From: the human T2T-CHM13v2.0 reference genome, Homo sapiens
NCBI RefSeq assembly: GCF_009914755.1
Contig: NC_060942.1
Length of the DNA stretch: 64,000 nt
Reading direction: 5' to 3' (one strand)
Shown here piece by piece: positions 56,680 to 64,000 of this stretch. The position numbers were made by a program, and so were the translations under genes. The notes under the pieces were generated by a model. That model was not told where the DNA came from. It made no database searches and saw nothing but the letters and a program-made list of their open reading frames with translations. The stretch's first letter is position 1. The number at the start of each line of letters is the position of its first letter.

Positions 56680-57726
56680 ATTGGATAAAGAAGATGTGGT
56701 ACATATACATCATGGAATACTATGCAGCCATGGAAAAGAATGAAACTGTGTCCTTTGTGGCAACATGATGGAGGTGAAAGTGTTATTCTAAGCAAATTAA
56801 CACAAGACAGAAAACCAAATACACATGTTCTCACTTATAAGTTGGAGCTGAACACTGGGTACTCATGGACACAAAGATGGCAACAATACACAATAGGGAC
56901 AAAAAGAAGGGGAAGGAGAAGGTGGGGCAAGAGCTGAAAAACTGACTATTGGGTGCTATGCTCACTACCTTGGTAATGAGATCATTTCTACACCAAACCT
57001 CAGCATCACACAATATACCCATTTAAAAACACCTGCACTCTTTTTTATGGCTGCATAGTATTCCATGGTGTGTATGTGCCACATTTTCTTAATCCAGTCT
57101 ATCATTGATGGACATTTGGGTTGGTTCCAAGTCTTTGCTATTGTGAATAGTGCCTTAATAAACATACGTGTGCATGTGTCTTTATAGTAGCATGATTGAT
57201 CATCCTTTGGGTATATACCCAGTAATGGGATCTCTGGTTCAGATGATATTTCTAGTTCTAGATCCTTGAGGAATCACCACACTGTCTTCCAGTGTGAGTT
57301 CATGTCCTTCGCAGGGACATGGATGAAGGTGGAAACTATCATTCTCAGCAAACTCTCACAAGGACAGGAAACCAAACACTGCATGTTCTCAATCGTAGGT
57401 GGGAATTGAACGAGAACACGTGGACACAGGGCAGGGAACATCATACACTGGGGCTTGACGGGGAGGTGGGAGGCTGTGGGAGGGATAGCATTAGGAGAAA
57501 TACCTAATGTAAATGATGAGTTGATGGGTGCAGCAAACCAACATGACACATGTATACATATGCAACAAACCTGCAAGTTGTGCACATGTACCCTAGAACT
57601 TAAAGTATAATAAAAATAAAATTAAATTAAAGAAATCATACAAACTATTAAACATATACTTAATTTCCAAACAAAGGAAAAAACCTGCACTCATACCACC
57701 AAACCTAAAATAAAAGCTGAAAAAAA
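56680..57726 (+). mobile_element. Older L1 3' UTR (56680-57040, resuming 57693-57726) hosting a nested 5'-inverted L1PA (57041-57682)
   Basis: Antisense piece 57041-57291, sense piece 57295-57625, TSD acctgcactc at 57031-57040 and 57683-57692. Confidence 0.9.
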
Positions 57727-57744
57727 TTCTGCTAGGGTTTATCA

Positions 57745-58217
<473 letters not shown>

Positions 58218-58299
58218 ACTGTCTCTCCTCATCCTGCTGACCCATTCTTATTGAGAGTGGTGCCTCTTTCTCGCGGGAGTGATGATGAATTTGTCCTGG

Positions 58300-58900
58300 T
58301 CCAGTTTAGCCATTCACTGTTTCCTGGACTTCTCTGAAGCATTTAACACTGTCTCATTGAAATTCTCTTTCCTTAGCTACTGTGATTCCACACTGTTTGA
58401 ATATTATCTTTGTAATTTCATTTTCTGATGTTTACTTTCTCTTCTAGTTAGTCCCATTTCCTCTACTGTAACCTAAATGTGCCACAGAACTCAGTTTGTT
58501 AAGCTTCTTTGCAGATCTCTTTTTCTTGGTGATTATATCAGCTGTTATAGTTTCAATAATCTATACCCAGATCCTGAATCAATACTTCCATTCAGATTCT
58601 ACTGCTGTTCTCTCATTACCTATTAAATGTTCCCACTTGAACATACCATACATGCCTAATTCTTGAAATCCAAATTGATTTTTTTCTCCTTTACACCTCT
58701 TGTTTGCCAAGAACACTCTATCTCCAAGCCTCAAAACGTGGAAACACCTGAGATCCTTCCTTCTTTCCTAACAGCCATCACATCATCTTGGATTTACTTA
58801 GAAAACGTCTTTTGCATTCATTGCCACGTATCTTCCAAATGCACCATTCTAGTTCAATTCGTGATTCCTTGAAACTGAGATTACTAGACCTGTTATTTCT
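58300..58900 (+). mobile_element. L2 fragments
   Basis: ctggacttctctgaagcatttaacactgt...ttgaaattctcttt. Confidence 0.55.
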
Positions 58901-59756
58901 GCCCATAGAGTTTTTTTCTGCCCATAGAGATTATTAAACCTATTATTTCTGCCCATAGAGTTTTTATTCCACTAATCAAATTTATACATTGTAATCTCAT
59001 TCACTTTCTCAAAATCTGCTTTTCGTTGAGTTTCCTCTCTGTTCCCCACAGCATCGGTGAATATTTATTTCTCATGAAACAACTTTCAGGCTCCTTATCC
59101 TGACCTGCAAAGCCCCCACGATCTTGTCACAGCTGTTCTAAACCCCACCTTTCACTTTTGCTTTCAGTACTCTCCACCTGACCCAGCCCTCTGCCCAGCC
59201 TTCCAAGCCACATGGGCGGGAAGCGTTGTGCTGCCCACTCCTGCTTGGTTTACTGTGCCTGCCTTTAACCTCTTGCCTTCTGCAAACCCATCCTCCTCTC
59301 CTCTCTGACAAGGGCCATCACCGTCTTCATAAAGAGAGCCAGTGACAAGTCCTGCCCTGGGACCTAGGAAAGACCCAAGAAGCCAGGATTATCCAGAACC
59401 CCAGATCTGCTGACTCCTCCATGTCCCCCGCCAAGGCTGGAGAAAGGCAGAACACTAACCTGAGACAGGTGAGTAGCCTGGGGCCCCATCGCCATGCTGT
59501 CCTCAAGGAAAACCTTTCACAGTCAAGTACACCTTTACTGAAGTCTCAAGTCTCTCAACCAGTCCCAAGTGTGATTTATGAAAGGTCATGATATTGGATG
59601 AAACTTAGTGAAACCAAGTCTCAACCTTACCTTTTTAAGGCTCAAACCAAGTCCTAACTTTTAAATAAGTATTAATTCTATGAATCATCTTTGTAGTCAG
59701 CCCTTTATTCTCTGATTAGTATTTGTTGCACCAGTTTCTGAGCACAGGTGATTTAC

Positions 59757-59893
59757 CTTTTGAAGTCAGTTCTCAGTGACCGAATTCTCTCCTCACCTTG
59801 CTGCTGTAAGCACTCGAGGACGTTTCTCTGTGGTTCCTTCTTTGCAGGGCGGTCATACTTCCCTTTCTCCATTACGCACCCGACGAACACTTC
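59757..59893 (-). CDS. Candidate coding exon, possibly with the initiator ATG (EVFVGCVMEKGKYDRPAKKEPQRNVLECLQQQGEERIRSLRTDFK), ends in phase 2
   Basis: Acceptor ttatttgatcag|GA, donor AAG|gtaaat, only one frame open, gtaATGG Kozak context, about 7 CpG in 137 nt against a CpG-poor background. Confidence 0.45.
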
Positions 59894-60557
59894 CTGATCA
59901 AATAATTTTGAAATTATGGGTAGTTTATTAATTTTGCATCTCTGAGCTTTATTGTAGCAAGAGTGTGTTACCTTAGTATATGTGGTGGCTAGTCTGTTCT
60001 CTAGTCCTTTATCTGCAAATGTATAAACCAAGTCCTCTGGTTTTTGGATGAGTGGTACCACCTAAAATTGTGATCTGCTACTTTGTTCATCTGAGATGGG
60101 AGTTTTTCTTTTCTTGCCTGGAAACAAAAATTATAATTCTTAGTAGAAGAATAAAATTAGTAATGATATAAAAAAAGGCAGAGTAAAAAGATTTGTGAAT
60201 TGCAAAGAACATGAAATCCTTGCTGCTTAACTTGCAAATTGGCGTGCTCTTGCTGTACTATGTTTTTAGCCAACTAATGGAAACACTTTCATCAAAATCC
60301 ACCCAGAGACTTCATCATGCTTTTCACCAGATGTTCTTTGAAATATTGCTTTCCCATTTCATCACCGTAGTTCTTGCGACCTGAGTACTCTATTTTGTTA
60401 TGTCAAAGGGAAGATGCCTTTGGTCAAAATGTCTTATCTTTCACTTTGCACAGTGTGCACTGCAACTAAAAAGGAAAATGGAATATGTGAGTTTTACTTT
60501 GACTCTGCCTTAGAAGCTATGCGTGTATGTTTAATTTTATTGGCTAAGTACTGGTCC

Positions 60558-61125
<568 letters not shown>

Positions 61126-63529
61126 ATACATAAACATGGGTGAATAACTCAAAAATTATAGAATGATATGAAACAGAAAGTAAAATATTTTCATCTTCAG
61201 CCTCAATTTATTTTTCCTTCTATCCCTAACCTTTCATCAATTGCTCCAAATTAAGACATTCGTATTGTTTTATTTATCTGTGGACCAAAATTTTCATACA
61301 AAAATTATTGGGCATTTTCCTGTCATTTTCTAATCACCTTTCAATATAATTGCGAAAACAAATGTAAATAAGATTATCCACTCTTTTGAAAGTGATTCTA
61401 CTGTTTGAAAGGTTTGACTTGGAACAATTTTACTCAACTGTAGTTCAGAGTTGTTTCTTATTTATCCCAGTGTGTTTTTGGTTTAAAGCTCTATCTCTTG
61501 GATCTCATGTCTGCTTCTTGGATTTTTTTTTTAAATACTTGAGTATGTACTCTAATGTAAGTGATCTTGGCTCTCTCATATCTGAAACTGACTTATTTGT
61601 CCTGAATGACAGTTTAGCTGGGCATCAAATTGTTGTTTCTAAATACTTTTTCTCTGTAACCCTTGAAAAAGATGTACATTACATTTTAAAATTTCTATAA
61701 TATAGTTTTCATCTACATTTGTCATTGTCTTTACACACAAGAAAATTAGGAAAAGTTTGCTTTGAAAATAAATAGTTCAGGGAATTAAAGTGTAATGGCA
61801 ACTTTGGTGGCTGTATCCAAAATCTTTTCTAAGACTCAGTCATTTTTTTCTTTTATGTTATTCTTTCCCTCATCAAACTGCTACCTCTAATTCTAACAGG
61901 TAACATACATCACCATGTCTAGTAGCAAAATAAATTATTTGAATTAATTTTAGATAAAGATTATTTCTCAACCCCTTTTCTCTATAGGTTTTATATTATT
62001 ATATTTCAATTATTTTATTAAATCAATATTTTATGGAAGTAAACACAATTGAGGTGCTTTGCTGCACTAAAATTTTATTTCAGGTGATTCAAATTTGATT
62101 TAAATTCTTTATTCCCCCCCCAGAAATAAAATGGAAAAGGGAATCTAACAAGAACAATGGCCCATCTTTTACAGTTTGCGAAACAACATGATTTTAAATA
62201 TTTTATTGGTTTCAAAGGTTGATAAATTCTAAATTTCTAGATTTTCTGATTTTCTACCAATTAATTGCATTTAGCTACAGATAGATTTGTCCCCTTTTAA
62301 ATAGGTGGCCTTTGAAAATATAAATTCCACCCTCCCCTGTCCAGCTCCTTTCCTTCAGTGCCACTGCAAATCAGGACTGAGAGCCTCCACTTCAGATCAC
62401 CAGGCACCAATTCATGTCAGCCTCATTTAGTTCAACTTGAAATAATTCTCATCTTTTACAATAACATTTTGGGTCTTGGGAGAAGGGCGTCAACTAAAAG
62501 GTGATTCAAATAAATGATTAATGAACATATTGGCACTGGTGGGATTATGGCACTTGCTCATTTCAAATCACACTTTCCTAAATGCTCAGCCTTTTAAACA
62601 CATACTTTTTAAAGAAACTTATATATTTAAAATTAACCCCTCTCCTAATGACTTTGCATCTATTTGCTTTATTAGTGGAAGCTACAGAGCACACTATGCA
62701 ATCTGTATTGATCCTTCAGATTAATACGGAATTTAAAGTGAATCCTCCCCCTCTACCACTCTGGCTGAAAAAAAAGACCCTCCAAATATCACTTATGAAT
62801 AGAAAAACATAGAGTTAAACAAACCACTGTCATCAGCTTGTCTTGTACTGAAACCGCTCTTTAGAAATGCCTTAGGCATGATTTTTAATACTAAAGCTTT
62901 TTTAATACTAAAAATATTTTTAAAAGGACATTTCTCTCTCTCCCTTATATATATATATATAATTTATATATATTATATTATTTATATATATTATATATAT
63001 TATTTTGCATTAACCACTTTTAAACCAATGGCAATTGAAAAAGAATATTTTAAAAAGGGAATTAAATGGTGAGAAAGACTCTATGTACGGTGCATTTTCC
63101 TGTGTAAAAGCTAGGCTTTGGTTTATTATTTCTCATCACACGATACCATGAACACACTCTAATAAAGTTGCGTGCAATCTTCAGCAGGCACTGTTGTAGA
63201 ATATAAACCCAGAGAATAGGCAAGTAATTATTTTGTGTGAAAAAATAACAACACGACAATTGTGTATGTATTTAATATTTATCTGCAAGTAAGACATAAA
63301 TAGCACCTCACAAATGCATGTGGATTGACATCAGCCCTTGTAGTAGGAGGCTGACAGGGACTCCCTGCCTGCTTGTTCTCTTCATTGTCTTGTCATTTGT
63401 GGCTGGTTTTACTCTACTGTTTAAGTAGACTTAAAGACTTTTTTTCTGATTCAATCAAATTACTCTTATAAAATACACAAATGTCTTAAACAATTCCTGC
63501 TAAAACCAGAATTGAGCAGTCTTACCATC

Positions 63530-64000
63530 TCTAGTTTTCTTCCTTTCTCTTCAAATGTTGATTGGGATTGGATTGAATACCCAAATCAATTTTGAAGACA
63601 TTGACCTACGTACTACCCTCAATTCATGAGCAATGTGTATTTTACCTTTAATGTAAGAATTTTAAAATTCTCTTCAGTAATGTTTGATATAGTCAGTGTA
63701 TAAATTTTGTACATATTTCATTAATTTCTAGAAAGAAAAGGAAGCTTTCTTTATTTTATATAGGCTAGCTGCCATAAAACTATGTTAAACATCATACATA
63801 ATGGTGAAATGCAGTAGCTTTCCCTTTGATAATAAAAACAAGGTGAGCTATTCTCAACAATTTCATTCAACCTTTTATGGGAAATCAGGCCAGTGTAATA
63901 CGGAAAAAAAAATATAAGGGAAAAATACTCACCATTTTCATATAAGATTATATACTTAGAAAAATAAAATAAAGTTTTATATAAAATATTATAAATAATA
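63530..64000. mobile_element. Old L1ME-like fragments in both orientations
   Basis: attgggattggattgaata...aattttgaagacattgac; aacatcatacataatggtgaaa. Confidence 0.55.

Noticed and set aside
56340-56834. 164-aa minus-strand ORF
   Set aside because: Starts in antisense L1 3' UTR and runs through low-complexity sequence; no exon signals

Overview
Primate (most likely human) genomic DNA, dominated by interspersed repeats: about 18 Alu copies or fragments (J, S and Y types), L1PA/L1PB/L1M pieces, L2, MIR, MaLR/ERVL LTRs, MER DNA transposons, and a truncated MER4-group ERV1 provirus with a perfect tRNA-Arg primer-binding site. Several minisatellites are also present. I recognise no intact known gene, RNA gene or CRISPR array. 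The unique islands between repeats hold a chain of minus-strand exon-like segments with plausible splice sites, some phase-compatible. Some are disrupted by single stops or frameshifts, and some share protein-level motifs. I read this as a probable decayed (or partly intact) multi-exon gene built from repeated exon modules; this is an inference and I cannot name the gene. Other notable structure: an apparently G-to-A hypermutated ERV gag-pro, two twin-primed L1 insertions that each carry extra 3' sequence inside their target-site duplications (TSDs), a minisatellite that grew out of an MLT1 LTR, and several template-switch hairpins. Subfamily names and the boundaries of old repeats were recognised by eye and are approximate.
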